Assembly (NCBI GenBank): GCA_964576265.1
Contig: CAZNVB010000270.1
Coordinates: 4,088 to 68,087 of the forward strand
Direction: 5' to 3'
Origin: an uncultured Eubacteriales bacterium
GTDB taxonomy: Bacteria > Acidobacteriota > Aminicenantia > Aminicenantales > UBA8522
Length of the DNA: 64,000 nucleotides
Of this stretch, positions 10,226-19,199 are shown piece after piece. Every line of letters starts with the position of its first letter. Position 1 is the stretch's first letter. Both the position numbers and the translations under genes were made by a program. The notes under the pieces are model-generated. The model was not told where the DNA came from, searched no databases, and worked only from the letters and a program-made list of their open reading frames with translations.

Positions 10226-11272
10226 TCAGCTACGGGCGCCGGGGACGGAACAAAAATTCTTCGCCGTCCGGATCATGGCCCGCATATTCTCTTCAGGAAC
10301 CTCGCGAGGATTCATCTCGCCGGTATTGAATAGGTAGCCGCCGCCCGGGCTGGCGGCTCTCATGATCCGCTCCGCCTCGGCCGCCACTTCGGCCGGCGTC
10401 CCGTTCATCAAAACTTTGATCGGGTCGAGATTCCCCGACAGACAGACCTTGCCCCTCAAGACGTCTTTCGCTCTGGCAATATCGATCCCCGGCCCGACGT
10501 TGATGCAGCTTGCGCCGCACTGGGCCGCGACCTCGAGATGGGAAACGGCTTCTTCGCTGTTGTGAAGGAACGTCAGTCCGCCGGCTTTGTTGTAGGCCTC
10601 AATCACCCGAGCACAGGGCTCAAAAGCGAAGCGCTTGTAGTGCTCGGCGGAGATAAGGTTGCTCATGGCGTTGCAATCACCGAGCCAGAGAGCGTGGGCG
10701 CCGGCTTCGAACTGGGCCAGCCCCCAGTCGATCTGGACCTGGACGAAGAAATCACAGGCCGCCTTGAGCAAGCCGGGATCGGTATGAATGAGCATCAGGG
10801 CCTCGGTCAGGCCGAAAAGGAGACAGACGGAAGAGAACGGCGCCGCGTTCCCGCCGCAGACGCAGGCCCGATCGCCGAAATGCCTGCGGATCAGCCGGAG
10901 CGCCTTGAGCTTTTCGGGCATCCGGCCGTCCTTCAAAGGATCCGGCACCCTCAGCTTATGGAGGGTTTCCCTGGTCGGCGGAAGGTAATCCTTCGTCGCC
11001 CGGAGGATATTTCCCTGGCCGTAGCATCCGACTCCGAGGGGCTCGAACTCGAAACAGTCGTCCACCTGGAGCCAGACCCAGTCATAATCAAAGGCCTCGG
11101 TCGCCGCGATCCAGACCTCGGCCATCTTGTCCCCGTCCTGGCAGACATCCTCGTAAGCGTATTTCCCGTGCCATTTGACGTCGAACTCCTCGCTCAGGGC
11201 AAAAACGGGAATCCTCTTCGGCATTCCCAGCCGAACGCAGGTTTGGATGTCATCCATGACGCCGTCATACAT
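10226..11272 (-). CDS. uroporphyrinogen decarboxylase (URO-D) family protein (MtaA/CmuA-like fold, function unknown)
   Basis: 348 aa with URO-D-like conserved blocks (VCGGNAAPFS, GDCNAMSNLIS, GGGYLFNTGE). Confidence 0.5.
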   Translation of the reverse strand: MYDGVMDDIQTCVRLGMPKRIPVFALSEEFDVKWHGKYAYEDVCQDGDKMAEVWIAATEAFDYDWVWLQVDDCFEFEPLGVGCYGQGNILRATKDYLPPTRETLHKLRVPDPLKDGRMPEKLKALRLIRRHFGDRACVCGGNAAPFSSVCLLFGLTEALMLIHTDPGLLKAACDFFVQVQIDWGLAQFEAGAHALWLGDCNAMSNLISAEHYKRFAFEPCARVIEAYNKAGGLTFLHNSEEAVSHLEVAAQCGASCINVGPGIDIARAKDVLRGKVCLSGNLDPIKVLMNGTPAEVAAEAERIMRAASPGGGYLFNTGEMNPREVPEENMRAMIRTAKNFCSVPGARS

Positions 11273-11735
11273 CCCTCCGCCTCCTCATCAGGGACTGCTC
11301 TGAACACAAGGGCTGCGCAAGACCGATTCTTGTCTTCTTATCATATTCAATAGGATCGCTCGCACTCCGTCCGCTCTTCTTATCCAGGAAAGGGCGCGAC
11401 AATTTCTCGGTCGATAGAAAAGCCGGCTTTAAAAGGGTAGTCGGCCGAAAAGAAAATGTCAATTCCAGGAGATTTTTTTGCTCCCGCGCGCCCCTGATTC
11501 AGAAACGAGAAAGGGGCTCCAATCGCCGACAGGCGCTGCGACCCGGGAGGGCATGAGGAAAATGGCCGCCCCGATGACCTGATTGGCCCCGATTGCCGTC
11601 TAGTCGAAGCACCGAGGGCTCGGCTGAGGCTCGGTTCAAAGGCTTCCCTCTTCTGGAAACGCACAGACGGATTATATCAAAATTCGGGGGCCGCATCGGC
11701 AAGCGGCTCTCTTCCGAATATTCGGATAATTGAAA

Positions 11736-11764
11736 TTGCTTGCGATTTTCGCTCCGGATATAAT
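11736..11764 (+). promoter_or_regulatory. sigma70-type promoter: TTGCTT, 17-nt spacer, TATAAT. The start codon lies 6 nt downstream, so the mRNA is probably leaderless. A 12-bp palindrome CCGAATATTCGG at 11714-11725 sits just upstream.
   Basis: Direct inspection shows the -35 at 11736-11741 and the -10 at 11759-11764, with the ATG at 11771. No SD sequence is present. Confidence 0.55.
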
Positions 11765-11770
11765 AGTCGT

Positions 11771-12052
11771 ATGGTTGACTTTCCGGTTAGTGAAGGGGAC
11801 GCTGGGAAATCCGATACCCCCCAGAAAATCAGGGACCTTCAATTTGACCTGCTGAGAAAGGCCGGAATTGCCGGCCGCCTCAAGTTGACGCTTTTGCTGT
11901 CGGAGGCTGCGATCAGCTTTTCACGCCAGGGTTTGAAAAGAAGGCATCCCGGGCTCGCTCCCAATGAGCTGGATCTTCTTTTCGTCGATTACTGCTATGG
12001 AGCCTCACTGGCAAAAATGTGCCGAATCCTCCGCCAAGAGAAACGCCGGTGA
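11771..12052 (+). CDS. small hypothetical protein (93 aa), upstream partner of a nucleotidyltransferase
   Basis: It is the only ORF downstream of the strong promoter. Its stop overlaps the GTG start of the next gene. It contains an R-x6-H stretch (RQGLKRRH), but no family was recognised. Confidence 0.4.
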   Translation: MVDFPVSEGDAGKSDTPQKIRDLQFDLLRKAGIAGRLKLTLLLSEAAISFSRQGLKRRHPGLAPNELDLLFVDYCYGASLAKMCRILRQEKRR

Positions 12053-12636
12053 GTCCTTCCAGCCTTCGAACCGCCTTGAGTTCTGTCATCAAGGCCCTGG
12101 AACACTTGAAAATCCCCTACTTCCTGGGCGGCTCCATGGCCAGCTCGGCTATGGGACTTCCTCGGACGACTCTTGATATCGACATCATAGCCGATGTCCA
12201 GCCTTTTCAAGCCGACCGACTGGCCGACACCCTCCAAGCGGCCTTTTATATCGACCGTGACCAGATTGCAGCGGCCATAAAACGCCGCTCCTCTTTTAAT
12301 ATCATCCATTCCGAAACAGCACTAAAGGTGGATGTCTTCATTCCCCAAGACCGGGATTATGACAGGGCGGCGATGGCCAGGCGACGGCGAGAAGTTTTAT
12401 CCGAAGAAGAAATCACCTTCTCATGTTATCTGGCCTCTCCCGAAGACATCATCCTGAGCAAACTCGAGTGGTACAAGAACGGCGGTCTTGTCTCCGGCCG
12501 CCAATGGCAGGACGTGCAGGGTGTCATGAAAGTGCAGGGACAAAAACTGGATCAAGCCTATATGAAGAAATGGGCCCTGAAACTTAGCGTCTCCGAGCTA
12601 TTAGACAGGGCCTTGCGGGAGGCGGGCATCGCTTAG
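12049..12636 (+). CDS. nucleotidyltransferase-fold protein (MNT/AbiEii-like)
   Basis: The GS...DxD signature FLGGSMASSAMGLPRTTLDIDIIAD is present. The start could be GTG 12049 (GTGA overlap) or ATG 12019. Confidence 0.55.
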   Translation: MSPSSLRTALSSVIKALEHLKIPYFLGGSMASSAMGLPRTTLDIDIIADVQPFQADRLADTLQAAFYIDRDQIAAAIKRRSSFNIIHSETALKVDVFIPQDRDYDRAAMARRRREVLSEEEITFSCYLASPEDIILSKLEWYKNGGLVSGRQWQDVQGVMKVQGQKLDQAYMKKWALKLSVSELLDRALREAGIA

Positions 12637-12970
12637 GGCCGACTTTTTTTCATTCCTGCTTGATGACAAGGAGAGAAAAACCGTCGAGAACGATGCCGAA
12701 TTTCCCCGCCAGGACCGGAGACATCGCTTTGTCCGGCCTCGAGATCGTTGTGGACGAGAAAAAGATCGCTAATCCGGGCTAAAGCCAGGAATTATGTTTT
12801 AGAATTATGTTTTCAGCTCGGCTGACTGTCGAGCTTGGCCGTCACTTTCCCATCCAACATCCAGGCGAGACAGTAATAGAAGACTCGAGCCGTGCCAAGG
12901 ACAAAAAGAAGCTGTTCCCGCCTGTCAAAAAGCTGCCGAGACGCTCGAAATCGCCCGAAATCAAAGAGAT

Positions 12971-15900
12971 TCAATCTTCGACCGAGGTGCTCATGCCGGC
13001 GAAGGTCGTCATGCCCAATTCCGTATCAAAACGATCGAAATTGTCGAGATTGCGCTCCCGGCCGAGAAAAGCGAGCGTCAGCAGGTGTTTCTTTGTCTCC
13101 GGCGTCGCATTGGCCAGGGCTTGGCTGGCGGCGAATTCCCGGATGGACCGGATAAACACATCGGCCTCCTCATGCCGACCCAACCCGCGGAGACAGAACG
13201 CCTGATAATAGCGCGTCTGCATCAAAGTGAAAACATGAGACACCTCAAACCGGACGTGGCGCTTGATATTCAAAGCCTCGGACCAGGCTTTTTTCGCCCC
13301 CTCACGGTCTCCGATCATCGAACGGCAATAGCCGATGTAGAAAAGACGGCGGGCCTGGGACGGGAAATCCACAAGATAGTGTTTATCCAGGTTCTCCGGG
13401 ACCCGGCCGGCGGCCTCGAAATCGGCCAGCGCCTCCCCGTATCTTTTCTCCTTGAGCTTCCGGAAGCCCGCAGCCAGCTTCATGATGACCCAATTCCGGC
13501 CGAGCGACGACCGCCAGAAATAGGTAAAATCGACCCGGCGCATGAACTGTTCGAGCTTGTCGTAGGCGCCGGTGAGCAGATAGCCGTTCATCAGCGTTCC
13601 GCAGGTCGTGAAGCAGGGGAGGAAGCGATCGATGTTTTTCTCCAGAAGCTTGATCGAAGCTTCAAGCCCCTCCCTTGCTCGGACTTCGGAAACATAATCG
13701 TCAAAAAGATAAGCGTCGTCCGGCGACAGGGCGAGCGCTTCCTCAAGGTAAGCAAGAGCTTTCCCATCCGCCCCGTTGAGCTTCTTTCTTGCCCGGTACA
13801 GAGAGCGCAGGGCAACCGGGTCTTTATATCCCAGACTATAGGCTTTTTCCCAGAGCAAGATACCCTCCTCCTCTAAATCGTGGGCGTAAGCGAAATTTCC
13901 CAGGTGATAATAGAGCTCGCCGTTCTGAGGGCTGCGGACAATTTGCTTTTGAAGAATGAGATATTCTTCCATCCTCCAGGCAAAATCCTGGCTGCGGAAG
14001 GGCCTCTTTTGGAATCGACTTTTCCTGTTCAGAAGCGCTTCGAGCTCGACCTGGTAGAGCCGGATGATCGCATTGTCGTTGTCGATGAGGTCGAGGACGG
14101 CAAAGGCTTCCTCGTAAAGGGCGGCGGAATAGAGCGTAGCGACGACCTCGAGAAGCTCCTCCGAAAAATCTTGATAACGTGCCCGGATCGAATCTCCTGA
14201 TGCGGTCGTCGTCTTCGCCTCCGTTCTTGAAGGCGAAGCTGGCGGCGTCGTACCTATTGTCCTTGATCCCGGCTGCCGTGTTTCGATCAAGAATCGGGCA
14301 CAAGATACAAAAGCGTTCTCCGGGTCGATTCTTTGCGCCCGGTCGAGCATCTCGCGCGCCTCCTGTACCCTGTTCAACCGCTTCAAGACCAGGGCTCTCA
14401 AGATCAAGGGCTTGAGAATCGAGCCGTTGACGGCGATCGCCCGGGCGAGATGCGCTTCGGCCGCTCTCATATCGCCCGCAGCGCTGGCCATCTCGGCTTC
14501 CGCCATCCTCTCGGCCGCTTCGTAGCCGAAACGGCCGGAATGGCGGAGATGATAATGAGCGTCTTCCGTTTTCCCAAGATAGCGAAGGGCCAATCCCTTA
14601 TAATAAAGAGTCCGACCGTCGTCGGGGATCCGTTCCAGGGCCTGATTGAAATGACCGAGAGCGTCCTCGAATTTCCCCGCCTGAAAAGCCAATAACCCAA
14701 GCTCCGCGTGCGCTCGGCTGAACCCCGGGTCGATACGGAGGCACTCCTCGAGAAGCTTTTTCTGGCGCGGCAGATGGTAGAACCAGTCGCTGGCCAAGTT
14801 TTCGGCTCTGGCGTATATTCCTTCGGCCGTAAATTCTTCGGCTCTCGCCGCTCTCTGCTTCTCGGGAACGAAATAGCTGTCCATGACCATGGGTTTTTTG
14901 GCTTTCGGCCAGACTTCGGCGATTTTCCGGCCGTCGGAGTGCCGCGCTTCGAATGAGACTTCATCGATCTCATTACGGGGGCAGCGAAATTCTTCCTGAA
15001 TCGTAAGGAGCTTGCCAGGCTGAAGGACGATTCCTGGCCAAGCTTTGAGCGTTGCGGTTCCTTTTTTTATCGCCAGCGAAACATCCGCCAGAGGCCTGTT
15101 CGCCTCGATTCTGATGAACGCCGCGGCCGCTTCTTCCGATACGGCCCGGACCTCAAAATTGACGGCTGCGTTTTCGGAAGCGCCGTTGAAGACGCCGATG
15201 TCGCCGACCGGATACCAGTATTCGGTCCAGGTTTGCGAGGTCATCGGCGCCAGACGGTCGAACTTCTCCTGGATGACGATCCGACCCGCCTGGATCTCCC
15301 CGTAGGGTTGTCCGTCTGCATGAGTGTGCTTTGTATGCTGAGCCGTGGGATGCCAGCCCCAGCTCCAGTACTTCTTTCCCGGCAGGTCGTTCACGTCGGC
15401 GTAATGAACCAGGCCGGCCCGGTCGTCGTGACTGAAATAGCCGAAGAAGCCCTCCCGGGCCTCCAGCATATAAAGACCCAGCATCTCGTCCAGATTTTTG
15501 ATCAGGGCGATATGGGCGCCTTCATAGGTCGGCCAGGAATAGACGACGTCATATTTTCCGTGCATGGCGCCTTTCGTCTCGGGATAGATATATTCGGTGT
15601 TGTCCCGGAGCGGGATACCGCAGTTCGCCCAGTAGAGGTAGCGGGCTTCAACCGCCGATTCATTGGCCACCCGGACGTCCTGACGGACCCGTGCCTCGCC
15701 GGGAAAGAGCGTAAAACGAACCGTCCAGTGGAGGCGGCCGATTTTTTCCGTGTTGCTCATGATGAGCGACACCGAGCCGTCGGAGTCGGCGCGGGCGACG
15801 CATTCGCGCGGCCGGGCGTTGGTCTGGGAATGGGCATTGGGGAGATTGAGCTCCAGGCCGCCTCCGACATACTGGTAGCCCATGCCGGCATTATAGAATT

Positions 15901-16264
15901 TCGCCGCCGTGTTGATCCGGTGGATGACCTCGCGGCGGCGGATTTTGTCATACAGATAGTAAATCCGGCCACCGTAATCCGGGCACATGGCGATCTTCAG
16001 ATATTCGTTTTCGGCGACGAGAAGCCGGAGCCTGCGCGGCGTCACCTGGAACCGCTTGCTGCCGTAAAACTGGTAAGGGTAGCAGATATAGCCGGTGAGC
16101 AGCCCGAAAGGCGGGTAGGGATCAAGAGGAAGCTGGTTGTGTTCGTCGATCGTCTCGTAGGTTTCGGACAGCCGGACTGCAGCCTTCTGGCTGCGTCCGG
16201 ATAGCGGAAGATTCGATAACAAGAGCAAACCCAGAGCCAGTTTGGAAAAGGTCTTAGTCATCAT
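12971..16264 (-). CDS. DUF5107-domain / TPR-repeat protein (1097 aa), secreted
   Basis: It has an N-terminal signal peptide. The N-terminal 450 aa resemble DUF5107 (GYICYPYQFYG, YWANCGIPL). The C-terminal half has multiple TPR-like repeats (AxxxLGxxxxxxGxxxEA). Confidence 0.5.
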   Translation of the reverse strand: MMTKTFSKLALGLLLLSNLPLSGRSQKAAVRLSETYETIDEHNQLPLDPYPPFGLLTGYICYPYQFYGSKRFQVTPRRLRLLVAENEYLKIAMCPDYGGRIYYLYDKIRRREVIHRINTAAKFYNAGMGYQYVGGGLELNLPNAHSQTNARPRECVARADSDGSVSLIMSNTEKIGRLHWTVRFTLFPGEARVRQDVRVANESAVEARYLYWANCGIPLRDNTEYIYPETKGAMHGKYDVVYSWPTYEGAHIALIKNLDEMLGLYMLEAREGFFGYFSHDDRAGLVHYADVNDLPGKKYWSWGWHPTAQHTKHTHADGQPYGEIQAGRIVIQEKFDRLAPMTSQTWTEYWYPVGDIGVFNGASENAAVNFEVRAVSEEAAAAFIRIEANRPLADVSLAIKKGTATLKAWPGIVLQPGKLLTIQEEFRCPRNEIDEVSFEARHSDGRKIAEVWPKAKKPMVMDSYFVPEKQRAARAEEFTAEGIYARAENLASDWFYHLPRQKKLLEECLRIDPGFSRAHAELGLLAFQAGKFEDALGHFNQALERIPDDGRTLYYKGLALRYLGKTEDAHYHLRHSGRFGYEAAERMAEAEMASAAGDMRAAEAHLARAIAVNGSILKPLILRALVLKRLNRVQEAREMLDRAQRIDPENAFVSCARFLIETRQPGSRTIGTTPPASPSRTEAKTTTASGDSIRARYQDFSEELLEVVATLYSAALYEEAFAVLDLIDNDNAIIRLYQVELEALLNRKSRFQKRPFRSQDFAWRMEEYLILQKQIVRSPQNGELYYHLGNFAYAHDLEEEGILLWEKAYSLGYKDPVALRSLYRARKKLNGADGKALAYLEEALALSPDDAYLFDDYVSEVRAREGLEASIKLLEKNIDRFLPCFTTCGTLMNGYLLTGAYDKLEQFMRRVDFTYFWRSSLGRNWVIMKLAAGFRKLKEKRYGEALADFEAAGRVPENLDKHYLVDFPSQARRLFYIGYCRSMIGDREGAKKAWSEALNIKRHVRFEVSHVFTLMQTRYYQAFCLRGLGRHEEADVFIRSIREFAASQALANATPETKKHLLTLAFLGRERNLDNFDRFDTELGMTTFAGMSTSVED

Positions 16265-16348
16265 CGCCTCCCCGGGGATATTTTAGCCGGCGCTTCCTGA
16301 GGCCGCTTGCTTCGGGCCTTCCCCATTTCAGAGGGGAAGGGAACCCGC

Positions 16349-17677
16349 TCAAGAAATCGTCTTTCTCTTCCCCCGCACTTTCTCGGCCGCACTGCGGATG
16401 CCGCCGATCATCGTCTCGACGTCGGCTTCGGTCAAACGAGGATGCATCGGCAGGTTGAACTCGCGCCGGTAGAAAAATTTCTCGGCGTTCGGGCAGAGGT
16501 TCTGGCCGTAGCCGAGCTTTTTGAGTCCGGTGAAATGATAGGTCGGCTGGTAGTGAAGAATGCCCTGGATGCCCTCCTCTCGATAGAGCACGCGCAGAAA
16601 ATCATCGCGCGAGGCCCCGAGCTCTTCCTCTTCGACGCAGACCGTGTAAAGGTGATAGACATGCTTGTATCCTTCCGGCTCATAGACGGGGGTGATCCCC
16701 TTGATGCCGGTCAGGCCGGCTGTCAGCTTATGCCCGATCGCCCGGCGCTTTTCCGTCAGCAGATCGAGCTTGTCGAGCTGCACGCAGCCGACCGCCGCCT
16801 GGATCTCGTTCATCCGGTAGTTGCAGCCCCAGTGGCCGTTCCAGTCGTCGACATCGAAATGCGAGGGAAGCCAGTAATCAAGGCGGCTTTCTTTCTCCAC
16901 TTCGATCGGACCGAAGCGCCATTTCGTCTGCCGAAGGTCCCAATTGTTGAGGTTCATGCAGCGGAGCTTTTCGATCCCCTCGGCGAACAGGTCATTGTTC
17001 GTCGTCATCATCCCGCCCTCGCCGCAGGTCGTGATGTTCTTGAGCGAATGGAAAGAAAACACGCCGATGTCGCCGACGCTTCCCGCTCGGCGGCCTTTGT
17101 ACTCGGCTCCGACCGCGTGGGCGCAGTCCTCAAGGACGTAGAGTTTATGCCTGCGGGCGATCTCCATGATCGGATCCATGTCGCACATCAGGCCGCCGTA
17201 ATGGACAACGTAGATCGCCCTGGTTTTCGAGGTCACCCTGGCCTCGATCTCCCGGGGGTCGATGTTATAGGTTCGCGGGTCGATATCGGCATAAACCGGC
17301 CGGCCGCCTTCTTTCAAGACGACCAGGCTTGTGGCGATAAACGTCGTCGGCGTGACGATAACTTCATCTCCGGGCCGGATATCGAAAAGCTGGGTCGCGA
17401 TGTGCATGCCGCTCGTGCAATTGGAGCAGGCCAGGGCATGCTTGACGCCGCACATGGCGGCAAATTTTTTCTGAAACTCGGTCGTTTTCGGGCCCATGGT
17501 CAGGGTGTCCTGCTTCATCGCCGCCAAAACCGCTTTCTCCTCCGCTTCGTCATAAATAGAGCCGAAAAACGAATAGGGGACCTTGAGCTTGACGCCGTCG
17601 TCCGTGGCGTAGGAACTCGTGATCCCGCCTTCGGTCTCGCCTCCGGTAATATGTTTTTTCGCTTCGTCTTCAGACAT
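16349..17677 (-). CDS. DegT/DnrJ/EryC1/StrS family PLP-dependent sugar aminotransferase
   Basis: Start reassigned to MSEDEAKK, which has a GGAGG RBS 7 nt upstream. Motifs CSNCTSGMHIA, HYGG and SFHSLKN (PLP lysine) are present. Confidence 0.7.
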   Translation of the reverse strand: MSEDEAKKHITGGETEGGITSSYATDDGVKLKVPYSFFGSIYDEAEEKAVLAAMKQDTLTMGPKTTEFQKKFAAMCGVKHALACSNCTSGMHIATQLFDIRPGDEVIVTPTTFIATSLVVLKEGGRPVYADIDPRTYNIDPREIEARVTSKTRAIYVVHYGGLMCDMDPIMEIARRHKLYVLEDCAHAVGAEYKGRRAGSVGDIGVFSFHSLKNITTCGEGGMMTTNNDLFAEGIEKLRCMNLNNWDLRQTKWRFGPIEVEKESRLDYWLPSHFDVDDWNGHWGCNYRMNEIQAAVGCVQLDKLDLLTEKRRAIGHKLTAGLTGIKGITPVYEPEGYKHVYHLYTVCVEEEELGASRDDFLRVLYREEGIQGILHYQPTYHFTGLKKLGYGQNLCPNAEKFFYRREFNLPMHPRLTEADVETMIGGIRSAAEKVRGKRKTIS

Positions 17678-17905
17678 CGCCAACCTCCTCGGATGGAATC
17701 GGATTTCGGATACCACAGAGCGCTCTTATTGTCAAACAACCGCACGATTGATCAAAATAAAAAATGGGAGCTTATGCCCCTTCGCAATTTCAGATAAAAA
17801 TATCGACCCTTTCTCGTCACCGCCGGAAGTTGACAAGGGGGAACCGCCGGAGATATCTTCGGGGCGAAGCCGAAAGGCTGAATCAATGCCCGGAGGAAAC
17901 GTCCA

Positions 17906-19195
17906 ATGGAAAATGATCGCAGGCGATTACAATTAACCGCCTTTCCGTTTCATTCTCGGCGGCTGAAGGCGACGGAGCGATCACCGTCCCTGAAATTGAG
18001 ATCGCTTCGGAACCTCGTTGGTCACCATGAGGCTTTATTCGCTTGGCCCTCCCGAATCGCGATCGGCGCGTTTCTCATTGTGCTGTTGAGCGTCGTCGTG
18101 TGTCCGGCTCAAACCCAGGCGCCGGAAAACAGGATCGTCTGCGACCTCGAGACCGGCCCGGACAATCCCCGCAACTCCGAGGGCGCATTCCTCGAGCTCA
18201 ATGACGGCCGCTTGATGTTCGCCTACACCCGCTTCTACGGCGGAAGCGACGACAACGCCGGCGCCGATATCGCCGCCGTCTATTCGTCCGACAACGGGCT
18301 GACCTGGACTCGCGAGCCCGAGATCATTATCAAAAACGACGCCGCCGAGAACGTCATGAGTGTCTCCCTTCTCAGGCTCGCCGACAGACGGATCGCCCTG
18401 CTCTATCTGCGGAAAAACGGCCTCCATGACTGCCGTCCATATCTTCGCTTTTCGTCGGATGAGGGAAAGACCTGGGGCCCGCCGATCCTGGCCATCCCCG
18501 CCCCGGGCTACTTCGTCGTCAACAACGATCGCTTGGTTCAGCTTGGAAGCGGCCGCCTGATCGTACCCGCCGCATTCCACCGCTTGAAGGGCGAGAACCC
18601 CAAAGATTTCAAGAATTTCGATCCCCGGGCCATCGCTCTCTTTTATTTATCCGATGACGGCGGCCGGAGCTGGAGGGAATCGGATTCCTGGTGGGCGCTC
18701 CCGGCTTTTTCTCAAACCGGCCTCCAGGAACCCGGGCTGATCGAGCTTAAGAACGGAACGCTTTTTGCCTGGGCGCGGACCGACCAGGGATGCCAGTACG
18801 GGATGATCTCATCCGACGGTGGAAAAACCTGGAGCGCGCCCTTTCCTGCGCCGTTCAAGTCGCCGAACTCTCCCCTCTCGATGAAGCGGATCCCCTCGAC
18901 GGGGGACCTCCTGGCTGTCTGGAACGACCATTCCGGCCGCTTCCCTTATCCCAAGAATCATGCGGTGTATGGCGGCCGCACTCCCCTGGTCAGCGCTGTG
19001 AGCCGCGACGAAGGAAAGACCTGGGGGAATTTTCGGGAAATCGAGAATGATCCCGGCTCCGGCTACTGCTATACGGCCATCGATTTCAAGGACAAATGGG
19101 TCTACCTCGCCTACTGGCACGGCGAATCGAAAAATGGCCGGTCCGTGACCCGCCTCCGGCTGCGCCGCGCCGACCTCGGCTGGTTTTACAGATAA
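17906..19195 (+). CDS. secreted BNR-repeat sialidase-like (GH33-like) glycosidase
   Basis: BNR (Asp-box) repeats are present: SSDNGLTWT, SSDEGKTWG, SDDGGRSW, SSDGGKTWS and SRDEGKTWG. There is a hydrophobic signal peptide (IAIGAFLIVLLSVVVCPAQTQA). The true start may be an in-frame TTG near 17995. Confidence 0.65.
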   Translation: MENDRRRLQLTAFPFHSRRLKATERSPSLKLRSLRNLVGHHEALFAWPSRIAIGAFLIVLLSVVVCPAQTQAPENRIVCDLETGPDNPRNSEGAFLELNDGRLMFAYTRFYGGSDDNAGADIAAVYSSDNGLTWTREPEIIIKNDAAENVMSVSLLRLADRRIALLYLRKNGLHDCRPYLRFSSDEGKTWGPPILAIPAPGYFVVNNDRLVQLGSGRLIVPAAFHRLKGENPKDFKNFDPRAIALFYLSDDGGRSWRESDSWWALPAFSQTGLQEPGLIELKNGTLFAWARTDQGCQYGMISSDGGKTWSAPFPAPFKSPNSPLSMKRIPSTGDLLAVWNDHSGRFPYPKNHAVYGGRTPLVSAVSRDEGKTWGNFREIENDPGSGYCYTAIDFKDKWVYLAYWHGESKNGRSVTRLRLRRADLGWFYR

Positions 19196-19199
19196 AGGA

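Noticed and set aside
11771-12052. Calling the 93-aa NTase partner a HEPN toxin
   Set aside because: Only a single R-x6-H stretch mid-protein supports it. HEPN motifs are usually C-terminal, and the protein is shorter than typical HEPN domains. Left as hypothetical.
12807-13205. 132-aa + strand ORF starting in the tandem repeat
   Set aside because: Most of it overlaps the 3' end of the 1097-aa minus-strand gene, and it has a basic low-complexity composition.
16307-17797. 496-aa ORF on + strand (and similar long antisense ORFs at 19431-21143, 46319-48160, 52804-54228, 54743-56113, 3241-4590, 25895-27328, 1731-2714, 7353-8036 and 27473-28507)
   Set aside because: Each lies antisense to a gene with clear family motifs. 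The products are Arg/Gly/Pro/Ala-rich low-complexity sequences typical of shadow ORFs in high-GC DNA, and they have no recognisable domains or RBS.
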